From the NCBI GenBank assembly GCA_902610585.1, contig CACLWE010000003.1:52314-116313 (forward strand): 64,000 nt of DNA, in the 5' to 3' direction. Of this stretch, positions 38,114 through 52,356 are shown in pieces. Under the pieces are notes generated by a model. That model ran no database searches. It was not told the DNA's origin and was given only the letters and a program-made list of their open reading frames with translations. How positions within the stretch are numbered: position 1 is the stretch's first letter; each line of letters starts with the position of its first letter. The position numbers and the translations under genes are program-made. Origin of the DNA: an uncultured Pelagibacteraceae bacterium (GTDB lineage: Bacteria > Pseudomonadota > Alphaproteobacteria > Pelagibacterales > AG-422-B15).

Positions 38114-38980
38114 TTACTCAGAGTAAGTTCCAAAATATTGAAAGAATTCACTTTCAGGAGACAAGATCATAGTAGTATCAGAACTTTTCAGGCCTTCAGC
38201 ATAAGCTTGCATTGCTCTGTAGAAAGCAAAAAATTCAGGGTCTTTTCCAAATGCATCCGCAAAAATTTTATTAGCCATTCCATCACCTTCACCACGAATT
38301 ATGTTTGCTTCTTTCTCTGCCTGAGACTTTATAATCGTAACTTCCTTATCAGCAGTTGATCGAATTTTTTGAGCCATCTCAGCACCTTTTGCTCTGAACT
38401 CTCTGGCTTCACGTTCACGTTCAGTTTGCATTCTACCAAAAATTGCCTGGCTATTTGCTTCAGGTAAATCAGCTCTTTTAATTCTTACATCAACAATCTC
38501 TATTCCAAAATTCTTCACCTCGGCTTCGGCTAGTGACGTGATTTGTTTCATTAGTTTCGAACGATCATCTGATAATACGGCGGATAGAGGTTCCTCACCT
38601 AAAACGCCCCTTATTCTTGAATTAACAACTGCAGAAATTCTTGATCTAGCAACATTTTCATTACCAAATGCCTTATAGAACTCTAAAACATCAACAATTT
38701 TGAATTTTACATAAGCATCAACAATAAGTCTTTTTTGATCAGACGCAATCACCTCAGCGGCAGGGGCATCAATGTCTAGAATACGATTATCAATAAATAT
38801 CACATTTTGAATAAATGGTATTTTAAAATTAAGACCTGGTTCAGTAATTACTCTTTTTGGATCACCAAACTGCAATACGATTGCATTTTTTACTTCAAGT
38901 ACTGTGAACAGAGTGAAATAAGCAACTATTGCTATAAATCCTATAATTATCAATGATATTCTAGTAGTGCTCATGATCAC
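38114..38980 (-). CDS. hflC: protease modulator HflC
   Basis: SPFH/band-7 domain with an N-terminal anchor, directly downstream of and overlapping hflK. Confidence 0.9.
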   Translation of the reverse strand: MIMSTTRISLIIIGFIAIVAYFTLFTVLEVKNAIVLQFGDPKRVITEPGLNFKIPFIQNVIFIDNRILDIDAPAAEVIASDQKRLIVDAYVKFKIVDVLEFYKAFGNENVARSRISAVVNSRIRGVLGEEPLSAVLSDDRSKLMKQITSLAEAEVKNFGIEIVDVRIKRADLPEANSQAIFGRMQTEREREAREFRAKGAEMAQKIRSTADKEVTIIKSQAEKEANIIRGEGDGMANKIFADAFGKDPEFFAFYRAMQAYAEGLKSSDTTMILSPESEFFQYFGTYSE

Positions 38981-40050
38981 TCCTGCGACTTCTTGCTTAA
39001 TTCTGGAAGAGGCAAATAAGGGACAACTGAGTCACCTCCTGCTTTGTCAATGATAACTTTGTCCATATCAGAGAATACATCTTCCATTGTCTCATAAAAT
39101 ATTCTTTTCTTTGTCACTTGAGGAGCTTTTGCGTACTCTGTTTGAATTGAAAGGAACCTTGCTGCTTTACCTTCACTGTCCGCAATGACCTTTTGTCTAT
39201 AACCCTCAGCAGATTGAAGAATTTGCTCCGCCTCACCTCTTGCTCTTGGAATTATATCGTTAGCATATGCCTCTGCTTCATTTCTTTGTCGTTCCATATC
39301 AGCCCTTGCAGCCTGTACATCTCTAAATGCATCGATTACCTGCGCTGGAGGGTCAGCTTTTTGAGTTTGCACTTGTGTTATTGTAATACCCGTACCGTAT
39401 TCGTCTAAAATTTCTTGTATAATTGATCTAGTTTGTTCCTCTATTTCAGTTCTTCCTTCTGTCAGAATGGATTGCAAGCCACCCTGCCCGATAGACTCTC
39501 TCATTGCAGTCTCTGCAGCACTTTTCACAGTAAGTTCGGGAGCTTGAACATTAAATAAAAATTTACCCGCATCATTGATTAACCAGAATACTGAAAAGTC
39601 AATATCAACAATATTTTCGTCACCTGTTAACATTAAACTTTCTTCTTCCACATCTCTTATCGCAGTGACTCTAGAATCTGGACTTTGTCTGTAACCAACA
39701 TCTATTCTATTTATTTTGGTTACTTTAGGTGTGAACACACGCTCTATAGGATATGGTAAGTGATAGTTTAGTCCAGGTTGTGTGGTTTTGGTGTATTTTC
39801 CAAATTGTAAAACTACGCCCTGCTCGTCCGGTAAAACTCTATAAAAACCACTCGCAAGCCATATAAGTATTAAGATACCAATGATAACCATTGGTCCTAA
39901 CTTTCCAAAAAAAGAACCTGGCATCAATCCTTTGAAACGATTCTGTGCGTTGCGGATCACATCATCCATGTTGGGACCTGGACCACGTCTACCGCTTCCA
40001 TTTCCCGAAGAACCCCAAGGATCGTTATTGTTATTATCAGACCAAGACAT
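38977..40050 (-). CDS. hflK: FtsH protease activity modulator HflK
   Basis: Gly/Asn-rich N-terminus with NDPWG, a TM segment, an SPFH domain, and a coiled-coil RDVQAARADMERQRNEAEAY. Confidence 0.9.
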   Translation of the reverse strand: MSWSDNNNNDPWGSSGNGSGRRGPGPNMDDVIRNAQNRFKGLMPGSFFGKLGPMVIIGILILIWLASGFYRVLPDEQGVVLQFGKYTKTTQPGLNYHLPYPIERVFTPKVTKINRIDVGYRQSPDSRVTAIRDVEEESLMLTGDENIVDIDFSVFWLINDAGKFLFNVQAPELTVKSAAETAMRESIGQGGLQSILTEGRTEIEEQTRSIIQEILDEYGTGITITQVQTQKADPPAQVIDAFRDVQAARADMERQRNEAEAYANDIIPRARGEAEQILQSAEGYRQKVIADSEGKAARFLSIQTEYAKAPQVTKKRIFYETMEDVFSDMDKVIIDKAGGDSVVPYLPLPELSKKSQE

Positions 40051-40156
40051 ATATTTTAGAATAATTACCTATATATGGTAAAAATGGTTAAAAGCAATTA
40101 TTTACACTTATACTATGATATATTGTAATTAATTACGTAAATACAAGATCAAAAAT

Positions 40157-41242
40157 ATGGCAGAAACTCTCGAAAATCAAGCTTTACACCTCCTTGGCCA
40201 AGTAGTTAACGAAGATGAGGGAGAAAACATAGTGGCTCTCGGTATGGTCAAAAATGTATCTGTAAGTGATGGAAAAATAGACTGTATTATTGAATTTAAA
40301 GAAAATGATCAGAAAAAAAATGAGAAAATTTTTGAGGATGCCCAAAGAGCACTAAAAGAAATTCCTGGTGTAACTAAAGTTAATATCATCACAACCTTAC
40401 ATAAAGAAAATTCTACACATGCAAATGATGATGTGAATTCTGAAAACAAAACAAATGGCGTTGGCACTAATCAAATTAAATATATTCTCGCAGTTGCTTC
40501 AGGAAAAGGAGGAGTCGGTAAATCAACAGTCGCATCAAATCTTGCGTGCGCATTTAAATCACTTGGTTTAAAAACCTGTTTACTTGATGCTGATATTTAT
40601 GGTCCTTCAATTCCTAAAATGATTGGGATTAATGAAAAGCCTCATTCTGATGGACAAAAAATTGAAACAATCAATCGATATGGACTATCGACAATGTCAA
40701 TGGGTTACATGGTAAATGATGAAAATCCCATAATCTGGAGAGGCCTCATGGTCATGAAAGCAATTAATGAAATGATTGATAAAGTAAATTGGGGAGCTGC
40801 GGATATTATGGTCATTGATTTGCCTCCAGGCACAGGTGATGTTCAACTGTCTCTGATTCAGAAACTAAAAATCTCTGGAAGTTTAATAGTTACTACACCT
40901 CAAGATATTGCTTTAATCGATGTAATCAGGGGGTTAAAGATGTTTGAAAAAACTAAAGTCCCCATTCTTGGCATTGTAGAGAACATGAGTTACTTCTTGG
41001 CACCTGATACAGGTAAAGAATATAAACTTTACGGTGAAAGTAAAACAAATGAAGTTGCTGAAAAATATGATTATGAAATACTTGCAAACCTTCCTCATGA
41101 TCCATTGCTTCTTGAGCAGTGCGAAAAAGGTCACCCTCTTACAGATTTAGTACCAGATCATAAAGTCAGTCAAATGTTTATTGAATTGGCTGAGAATTTA
41201 TTAAAACGATTAAAATTAGAACAATTAGCAAATACTAACTAA
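40157..41242 (+). CDS. apbC: Mrp/NBP35/ApbC iron-sulfur cluster carrier ATPase
   Basis: N-terminal DUF59-like domain, deviant Walker [12 protein letters not shown], and the DLPPGTGD context. Confidence 0.9.
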   Translation: MAETLENQALHLLGQVVNEDEGENIVALGMVKNVSVSDGKIDCIIEFKENDQKKNEKIFEDAQRALKEIPGVTKVNIITTLHKENSTHANDDVNSENKTNGVGTNQIKYILAVASGKGGVGKSTVASNLACAFKSLGLKTCLLDADIYGPSIPKMIGINEKPHSDGQKIETINRYGLSTMSMGYMVNDENPIIWRGLMVMKAINEMIDKVNWGAADIMVIDLPPGTGDVQLSLIQKLKISGSLIVTTPQDIALIDVIRGLKMFEKTKVPILGIVENMSYFLAPDTGKEYKLYGESKTNEVAEKYDYEILANLPHDPLLLEQCEKGHPLTDLVPDHKVSQMFIELAENLLKRLKLEQLANTN

Positions 41243-42170
41243 TTTCAAACTTTCTTTGCAGTTCGCTCCATTCTCTTTTAGACAGACCTTCTTCTTCAAA
41301 AGATACTTTCTCGCCTTTTAGAAGTTTTCTCATCAGATTGACCTCTTTGGCGGAGAGTTCTGTTCCACCAATTCTATAATCTTCAAATGCTTCATAAGTA
41401 AGAGGAACCCATTTTTTTACAATATCTAACATGGCATCCGCATAAACACGTATCTCATACTGCGCATGATCATCAGCTCTTAGTGCAAGAAAGTGCAACA
41501 AATTATTAAGATCAATCTTCCAGTACCATTGTGTATAGGTATTGAGGGTAAGATTCATTCGAGCCAATTCTCTTGCAATCCCAGACTTACTTTCATCAAT
41601 GATATTGCCCTCAGAACTTTCGTTTAATAGCGTTTCATAATTAGAATATGTCTGCTCAGCATCCTTTCTTAGTATTTGTATAACATTAGAGGCTTCATCA
41701 TCTGTTAAAGCATCACCTCTACCTTGATTATTAATAGCAGACTGTGCTGCCAGATTTTCTGCTGATGGAATATAAAACTCTTTATCAAGAATTGAGTAGC
41801 GAGCCGAGTACTCATTAACGTTTGCCGTTCTGTGTCGTATCCATTGTCGAGCTATGAAAATTGGAAGTTTAATATGAAACTTAATTTCACACATTTCAAA
41901 AGGGGTTGAGTGACGGTGCCTCATCAAATATTTAATGAGCCCTTTGTCATTTGAAATCTTCTTTGTGCCTTTACCATATGATACTCTTGCCGACTGCACG
42001 ATTGAACTGTCATCCCCCATATAATCAATGACACGAATAAAGCCATGATCGAGCACTTCTATTGGCTTGTACAAAACTGCTTCTAATTCAGGAGCTGTAA
42101 CACGAGCTGTTTCTGATATTTCAGACCTTAAGGCTTCAATTTCTTCAAGTTGTTCTTTGTTTACCGGCAT
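41235..42170 (-). CDS. thyX: FAD-dependent thymidylate synthase
   Basis: ThyX signature RHRHSTPFE...RQWIRHR...EYSARYS. Confidence 0.9.
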   Translation of the reverse strand: MPVNKEQLEEIEALRSEISETARVTAPELEAVLYKPIEVLDHGFIRVIDYMGDDSSIVQSARVSYGKGTKKISNDKGLIKYLMRHRHSTPFEMCEIKFHIKLPIFIARQWIRHRTANVNEYSARYSILDKEFYIPSAENLAAQSAINNQGRGDALTDDEASNVIQILRKDAEQTYSNYETLLNESSEGNIIDESKSGIARELARMNLTLNTYTQWYWKIDLNNLLHFLALRADDHAQYEIRVYADAMLDIVKKWVPLTYEAFEDYRIGGTELSAKEVNLMRKLLKGEKVSFEEEGLSKREWSELQRKFEIS

Positions 42171-42174
42171 TTTT

Positions 42175-42204
42175 TTGAATCAAATAATAAACACATACTA
42201 TATT
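42175..42204 (+). promoter_or_regulatory. sigma-70-like promoter candidate upstream of ssrA
   Basis: TTGAAT-18 nt-TATATT, about 45 nt upstream of the predicted acceptor piece. Confidence 0.3.
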
Positions 42205-42250
42205 AAGATTACTCTCTTTAAAAAGTCTCAATATCCAACTATATTCAGAT

Positions 42251-42508
42251 TGCTGGGGATATCCCAGCTATAGGGATAAATGGCTTGCGTAATAACCATT
42301 ACGGACCCGGGGGCGGTACCCGGCACCTCCACCATAAATTAGGGGGTGATATAGGATCGACGAATGCTTAAAGGTAAGTTTTTCTCTCGGTATTGTACCA
42401 CCGTTATCGGGCTATTTTATAAATGCTAACGATGAATTAGCGCTCGCTGCTTAATCTAATTAGGTAAGCGCGGTTCGGGAGACACCGGGCAACAGAAGTC
42501 TCCCACTT
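42251..42508 (+). ncRNA. ssrA: two-piece (circularly permuted) tmRNA; boundaries approximate
   Basis: The acceptor piece ends with the T-arm CCGGG-ggcggta-CCCGG, then CACCTCC-ACCA (to 42334). The coding piece starts at GGGGGTG (42342), which pairs with CACCTCC including a G3-U wobble, followed by GGATCGACG. The tag ORF gct aac gat gaa tta gcg ctc gct gct taa encodes ANDELALAA (42425-42454). A closing hairpin GGGAGAC...GTCTCCC lies at 42477-42505. Confidence 0.85.
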
Positions 42509-42514
42509 AAATTA

Positions 42515-42874
42515 TTAATTAAGAGGATTTATCCCAAATCTATTTTCATCGTCTTGACCTTTTTGTATCAACCAAATCAATATTGGTATTATTCCAATAA
42601 TTGTTATGACCAATAATTGAAGCCAACCTGAATAGTTTGAGTCATGCAATCGTCTTGCTGTAACAGCAATATATGGAAAAAAAGTTAATATTGCGAAGGT
42701 AGTTCCAATAGGACCCCATTCATTAAAAGGAAAAATAGCAATATCTAAAGGAATTATAGCAACACCTATAATTGTTAAAAATAGATAGAAATACCAAAAT
42801 TCAGAACGAGATGCTCGTCCATTAAAATCAACGTATTTTTTAAAACAAGTCGTTATTGATTCACTAAATGTCAT
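42515..42874 (-). CDS. DUF805 family inner membrane protein
   Basis: GRASRSEFWYFYLF and TARRLHDSNYSGW motifs; 3-4 TM segments. Confidence 0.7.
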   Translation of the reverse strand: MTFSESITTCFKKYVDFNGRASRSEFWYFYLFLTIIGVAIIPLDIAIFPFNEWGPIGTTFAILTFFPYIAVTARRLHDSNYSGWLQLLVITIIGIIPILIWLIQKGQDDENRFGINPLN

Positions 42875-42970
42875 ACATTAATCACACTAATACTTTATCA
42901 AAAAAATAAAATCTTTAAAAACTTGAATTAATTACCATATATATAAGTAAAGTAGTATAATACATTTGAA

Positions 42971-44365
42971 ATGAGTCAAAAAACACGGTTAGAACAAGAC
43001 AGCATCGGCAAAATAAAAGTTTCAAATAGCAATTTTTGGGGGGCTCAAACCCAAAGATCATTAAAGAATTTTAAAATTGGCAATAATTTAATGCCTATAG
43101 AGGTTGTACATGCACTAGTCACAATAAAAATGGCGTGCGCGAAAGTAAATCAAAAACAAAAATCGTTAGCCCCTAAAATAGCAAATGCAATAATTAGTGC
43201 ATCAAAAAATATTCTTACCGGTAAGCATGATGATCAATTCCCTCTTTCGGTTTGGCAAACTGGATCTGGAACTCAGACTAACATGAATGTAAATGAAGTC
43301 ATCGCTAATCTTGCCAATAAAAAACTTACTGGAAAACTTGGAACAAATAGTCCAGTTCACCCGAACGATCATGTAAACAAAAGTCAATCAACTAATGACA
43401 GTTTTCCATCTGCAATTAATATTGCTGCCTCAAAAAAAGTTACAAATGAACTTATTCCGGCTTTAAATGAAATGGAAAAAATTTTAGGTAGCCAGTCTAA
43501 GAAATGGAAAAGTATTATCAAAATTGGTAGGACACACTTGCAAGATGCAACCCCTCTATCACTTGGACAAGAGTTTTCAGGTTATCATGCTCAAATTGAT
43601 ATGAACATTAAACGACTAAAGACAGCCCTGATTAACTTAAATTATTTAGCTCAAGGAGGAACAGCAGTTGGAACTGGGCTTAATACAAAAAAAGGGTTTG
43701 ATAGGTATGTTGTTAGTGAAATAAGTAAAATAAATAAAATTAAATTTAAACCTGCAAGTAATAAATTCCAAGCCTTGGCCTCTCATGACTCTCTTGTGGA
43801 ACTATCAGGAGTACTGAATGTTATTGCAACAGATTTGTTTAAAATAGCAAATGATATAAGACTTTTAGCTTCTGGACCAAGATCAGGTCTTGGAGAACTT
43901 AATTTACCTGAGAATGAACCTGGGTCATCTATAATGCCTGGTAAGGTAAATCCAACTCAAAGTGAAGCTTTAACAATGGCTTGTTTACAGGTTATGGGCA
44001 GTCATAACGTAATATCAATGGCAGGAACTCAAGGTCATTTCGAACTTAATGCATTTAAACCAGTAATTGGTTTTAACATAATTAATGCAATCAATTTATT
44101 ATCCTCAGGGGTTACAAACTTTTGTGATAAATGCCTAAAGGGGATTAAACCGAATTTAAGAAATATAAAAGAAGGTGTTGAGAACTCTTTAATGCTTGTG
44201 ACTGCTCTTGCCCCTGAGATTGGGTACGAAAAAGCCGCAGAACTCGCAAAGCTTGCACATAAGAAAAATATTACTCTAATTGAGGCAAATAAAATCCTAA
44301 AATATATTGATGTAAGAAAGATGAAGTCCCTTCTCAATCCATCAAAAATGATTTCTTCATCATAG
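42971..44365 (+). CDS. fumC: class II fumarate hydratase
   Basis: GSSIMPGKVNPTQSEA signature, WQTGSGTQTNMN and HPNDHVNKSQSTND. Confidence 0.95.
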   Translation: MSQKTRLEQDSIGKIKVSNSNFWGAQTQRSLKNFKIGNNLMPIEVVHALVTIKMACAKVNQKQKSLAPKIANAIISASKNILTGKHDDQFPLSVWQTGSGTQTNMNVNEVIANLANKKLTGKLGTNSPVHPNDHVNKSQSTNDSFPSAINIAASKKVTNELIPALNEMEKILGSQSKKWKSIIKIGRTHLQDATPLSLGQEFSGYHAQIDMNIKRLKTALINLNYLAQGGTAVGTGLNTKKGFDRYVVSEISKINKIKFKPASNKFQALASHDSLVELSGVLNVIATDLFKIANDIRLLASGPRSGLGELNLPENEPGSSIMPGKVNPTQSEALTMACLQVMGSHNVISMAGTQGHFELNAFKPVIGFNIINAINLLSSGVTNFCDKCLKGIKPNLRNIKEGVENSLMLVTALAPEIGYEKAAELAKLAHKKNITLIEANKILKYIDVRKMKSLLNPSKMISSS

Positions 44366-44372
44366 TTCGTTC

Positions 44373-44588
44373 ATGCCCAATTCCAATAAGCGCACTGTCA
44401 AGATAGATGGCCACATTACAAGTGTATTTCTTGAAAATGAATTTTGGGAAGAAATATTAAAACTAAGCAAAAAAGAAAATACTACTCCAGATAAAATAAT
44501 CTCAAAAATAGACAAAACGAAGAACACTTCCAATTTATCAAGCGCAATTAGACTATATGTTCTGAATCACTTAAAGGGTCAGTTATGA
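44373..44588 (+). CDS. ribbon-helix-helix (RHH_4-type) domain protein
   Basis: KRTVKIDGHITSVFLENEFWEEI...NLSSAIRLYVL matches the alphaproteobacterial RHH_4 pattern. Overlaps the uvrD start by 4 nt. Confidence 0.6.
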   Translation: MPNSNKRTVKIDGHITSVFLENEFWEEILKLSKKENTTPDKIISKIDKTKNTSNLSSAIRLYVLNHLKGQL

Positions 44589-46803
44589 CTGAATTAAATT
44601 ACCTAGAAAGTCTTAACCCACTACAATATGAGTCTGTTTGTAGTACCGAGGGTCCAAATTTAATTATTGCAGGAGCTGGAACTGGAAAAACTAAAGTACT
44701 TACTACGCGAGTTGCTCATATCATAGATAATAACTTAGCATTCCCCTCTCAGATTCTTTGCGTAACCTTTACAAATAAGGCTGCAAGAGAAATGTCCGAA
44801 CGTGTTCAAAAACTAGTCAGTCAAAACATGGAAAAGATGCCTTGGATGGGAACTTTTCATTCAATTGGAGCAAAAATAATTAGAAACCACGCAGAGGTAA
44901 TTAGTCTTAAACAAAGTTTTACTATACTTGATAAGGATGATCAGCTTTCCCTGATCAAACAAATCATAAAGGCTGAAAACTTAGACCAATCTCAGTTTTC
45001 ACCCAAATTAATACAATCTAAAATTGATCATTGGAAAAACAAAGCTCTTAATCCAAATGACATAAAATCTGAGTCACTAGATAATTTAGTCGACGAAAAG
45101 AGTCTCTCTATTTATAAAATTTACCAAGCAAGGTTGTTTGAAATTAATTGCTTAGATTTTGGTGACTTGCTTTTACAATGTATCAATCTTTTTAAAGTCC
45201 CTGATATTCACAAACGTTATAGCAATAATTTTAAATATATTCATGTGGACGAATACCAAGACACCAATGCAGCGCAATATAAATGGCTTAAACTTCTTGG
45301 TTCTCATCATCAAAATGTTTGTTGTGTTGGAGACGATGATCAATCAATTTATAGTTGGCGTGGCGCTGAAGTTGATAATATGCTTCGGTTTGAAAAAGAA
45401 TTTGAAAATGCAAAGATAATACGGCTTAAACAAAATTATCGATCAACAAACAATATACTTAAGTCTGCATCATCATTAATTAGCTATAACGAATATAGAC
45501 TTGGCAAGGAGCTTATTTCGGACCAAGGTGATGGAGAGCCCATTCATTTACATTTAGTTAATTCAAGCAGAGATGAAGCCGATTTAGTTGCTCAGGATAT
45601 TATGAAGTATAGCGACGATAACCCTGACCTAAATAATATATCAATATTAGTAAGGGCAGTATTTCAATCGCGTGAAATTGAAGAATCTTTGATTAAATAC
45701 TCAATTCCTTATCGTATTGTAGGCGGTATTCGATTCTATGAAAGATCTGAAATAAAAGATGCTGTTTCATATCTTAGGCTGGTTTATGAGAGTCAAGACG
45801 ATGTTGCATTTGAAAGAGCTTTAACAGTCCCTAAAAGAGGTATAGGAGAAAAATCATTTAATCATATTTTATCTTACGCAAAACAAAAACGAATTTCATT
45901 GTACCAAGCATCAAAAGAAATGGTTGATACAGACGAATTTACCAAAAAAATATCTGAAAGCTTAAAAGCTTTCATTTCTGTTATCGATAGAGGAAAGTCA
46001 TCCATCGATAATATGCAGTTTTATGACATTTTAAAAATGCTGCTCGATGAGTCTGGTTATATGAATATGCTTAAAAATGATAAAAATGTCTCTGCTCAAA
46101 CGAAAATAGAAAATATTAAGGAATTAATAATTGCGATGGAAGACTATAACAGCATCGAGGAGTTTTTAGAGCATGTATCTTTAGTTACAGCCATAGATGA
46201 AAATAATGAAGACAACAAAGTGAGCATTATGACGCTTCATGCTGCTAAAGGTCTTGAATATGATTATGTTTTTTTGCCAGGTTGGGAAGAAGGTCTTTTT
46301 CCTCACCAAAAAACAATTGATGAAACTGGGAATAAGGGAATTGAAGAGGAACGAAGACTTGCATATGTCGGCATAACGCGAGCTAAAAAAATAATAAATA
46401 TCTCGACATCAATGAGTCGTCGATTTCAAAATAATTGGATGCCTTCATTGCAATCTCGATTTATTGAGGAGTTAGATCAAGAATTAATAAAAACTATTAA
46501 TCACGCGTCAAGCCATATGGACAGATTCCAAAATCAAGAGTTTGATGAATTTAATCAAGATTTTGATTTTAAACCAAGAAAATTAGATTTTAAAAATAAT
46601 CCATCTTCAAGTTATCGAACGGTAGTTGATATGGAAATAGAAAATGTTAGAGATATAAACGATGATGTTTTACTTCAAATAGGACAAACAGTTGAACACA
46701 AAAAATTTGGCATTGGTCGAATAAAAGATATTGACGGCACAAAGGCAGTTGTAGAATTTGATAAACATGGTACAAAAAAATTAATATCTGATTTTCTAAA
46801 ACC

Positions 46804-46810
<7 letters not shown>
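44585..46810 (+). CDS. uvrD: ATP-dependent DNA helicase II (UvrD/Rep/PcrA family)
   Basis: Walker A AGAGTGKT, DEYQDTN, helicase motifs QNYRS and VGITRAK, and a C-terminal Tudor-like VEHKKFGIGRI. Confidence 0.9.
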
Positions 46811-50557
<3,747 letters not shown>

Positions 50558-51322
50558 TTAACTTAAATCTTTGACTAACTCGTAACTTTTTGTGTACCAA
50601 TCACTATCAGGAAAATTAAAACCTAGAGTTGATGCATATCTTTTTGCTTCTTCAGTTAAACCAAGGGAGTAATAGATTTCAACAAGTCTATGTAATGCCT
50701 CCTCTGTATATACAGAAGTATCATAATCCTCTAAAATTTTATTATACCTGTTAATTGCTGATATCCATTGCTGTTTAAATTGATAATATCTGGCAATTTC
50801 AATTTCTTTTGCTGCCAGCCTATCATTTATAATATCAATTTTTAAGTAAGCATCTTCAACAAACTTAGAATCAGGATATTTGTTTATAACCTCATAAAAG
50901 GCCTTTTTAGATTTTACCGTCATACTCTGATCTCTTTCTACATCTTTTATTTGCTCAAAGTAATTTAAAGCTCGTAGATAGTAAGCGTATGAAATTTTCT
51001 TGCTCCCAGGGTAAAGTGCAATAAATCTTTCTAGAGCATCCAGGCTTTCATCATGAAATTGTGTTTTATAATAACAGAACGCAGTCATTAATTGCGCCTG
51101 ATTAGACCACTTAGAATACGGATATTGTCTTTCAATATCTTCAAATAGTATTGCTGCATCTACAAAATCTCTTTTTTTAACTAACTCCATAGCATTTGAG
51201 TAGAGTATTTGAAGTTTTTCACCCTCTGTTTCAGGCGTAACTAACTTTGTATCTGAACAACTGCTAAGAATAAAAGTAGCTAAAGTTAGAAAAGTAAAGA
51301 TTTTAATTAATTTCATAACCAT
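50558..51322 (-). CDS. bamD: outer membrane protein assembly factor BamD
   Basis: Lipoprotein signal with lipobox LSSC and TPR-like repeats (YPYSKW, YPGSK, YPDSKF). Confidence 0.8.
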   Translation of the reverse strand: MVMKLIKIFTFLTLATFILSSCSDTKLVTPETEGEKLQILYSNAMELVKKRDFVDAAILFEDIERQYPYSKWSNQAQLMTAFCYYKTQFHDESLDALERFIALYPGSKKISYAYYLRALNYFEQIKDVERDQSMTVKSKKAFYEVINKYPDSKFVEDAYLKIDIINDRLAAKEIEIARYYQFKQQWISAINRYNKILEDYDTSVYTEEALHRLVEIYYSLGLTEEAKRYASTLGFNFPDSDWYTKSYELVKDLS

Positions 51323-51365
51323 AATTTTAATGATTATTTAAGAAGATTAAAGATGAATTTCTAAA

Positions 51366-52292
51366 TTATAATGATGCAGCTACGGACTTCGTGTAATAGG
51401 TTTTTTGATAATTTTTATCATTTAAATTATCTTCGTTTATAAGGCGATAGTTTGACTGATCAGACATTATTGAATTCATAGTTTCATGAGTTAACCGATG
51501 ACCACCTTTATATATTTCAAACGCTCCTTTCACTGAATATCCTAAGAGATAAATATCACCAATGAAATCAAGTATTTTATGTTTAACAAATTCATTTTCT
51601 TGACGCAATTTGTCATTATTCATAATTCCTTTTTTATCAAGGACAATTGCATTATCTAAAGAACCTCCTGCTATAAGACCTTTTTTTCTGAGAGAATCTA
51701 CCTCTTCTTTAAAGCCAAAAGTTCTGCAATTAGAAATAAGATTTTTAAACTGGTTTGAATCTTTAAACTCATAATTAAATCTTTGTTCCTTTATAAGATT
51801 GTGATCATAAGAAATTGTATAATCAATTTCTAAATTATCGGATGGAGAAACTTTCACAAAAGAATTATTCATACTAAACACAATTGGTCTAGATATGCTT
51901 AGATATTTTTTTTCTACATTTAAACTTTTAAGACCAACTTCCTCAATGTTACGTACATATTCTAGGGAGCTACCATCAAGTATTGGTAATTCATCACAGT
52001 CTACTTCAACAATAGCGTTATCAATTCCCATGCCATGTAAAGCTGACATCAAATGTTCAATTGTTGAAACTGATATTCCGTATTTATTAGCAATCTTTGT
52101 ACATAAATCTGAGACGCTAACGTTATTAAACTTTGCTTCAATTAGTGATTCTTCATTAGAATTTTTAATATCAACTCTTCTAAATACGATGCCAGTGTTG
52201 GCAGTCGCTGGGTTAACAGACAAATTTGATTTTTCACCGCTGTGTAAAGTTACACCTTCAATATTGAATGACTTATTAATGGTTTTTTGCAT
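51366..52292 (-). CDS. lpxC: UDP-3-O-acyl-N-acetylglucosamine deacetylase
   Basis: GVTLHSG, TIEHLMSAL, the HKILDFIGD context and GGHRL. Confidence 0.95.
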   Translation of the reverse strand: MQKTINKSFNIEGVTLHSGEKSNLSVNPATANTGIVFRRVDIKNSNEESLIEAKFNNVSVSDLCTKIANKYGISVSTIEHLMSALHGMGIDNAIVEVDCDELPILDGSSLEYVRNIEEVGLKSLNVEKKYLSISRPIVFSMNNSFVKVSPSDNLEIDYTISYDHNLIKEQRFNYEFKDSNQFKNLISNCRTFGFKEEVDSLRKKGLIAGGSLDNAIVLDKKGIMNNDKLRQENEFVKHKILDFIGDIYLLGYSVKGAFEIYKGGHRLTHETMNSIMSDQSNYRLINEDNLNDKNYQKTYYTKSVAASL

Positions 52293-52356
52293 CCTGATGT
52301 TTATAAATTGTTTAAAACCACAGGAAAAAACAAAGATTATTTCTTTTTGTTACTAC

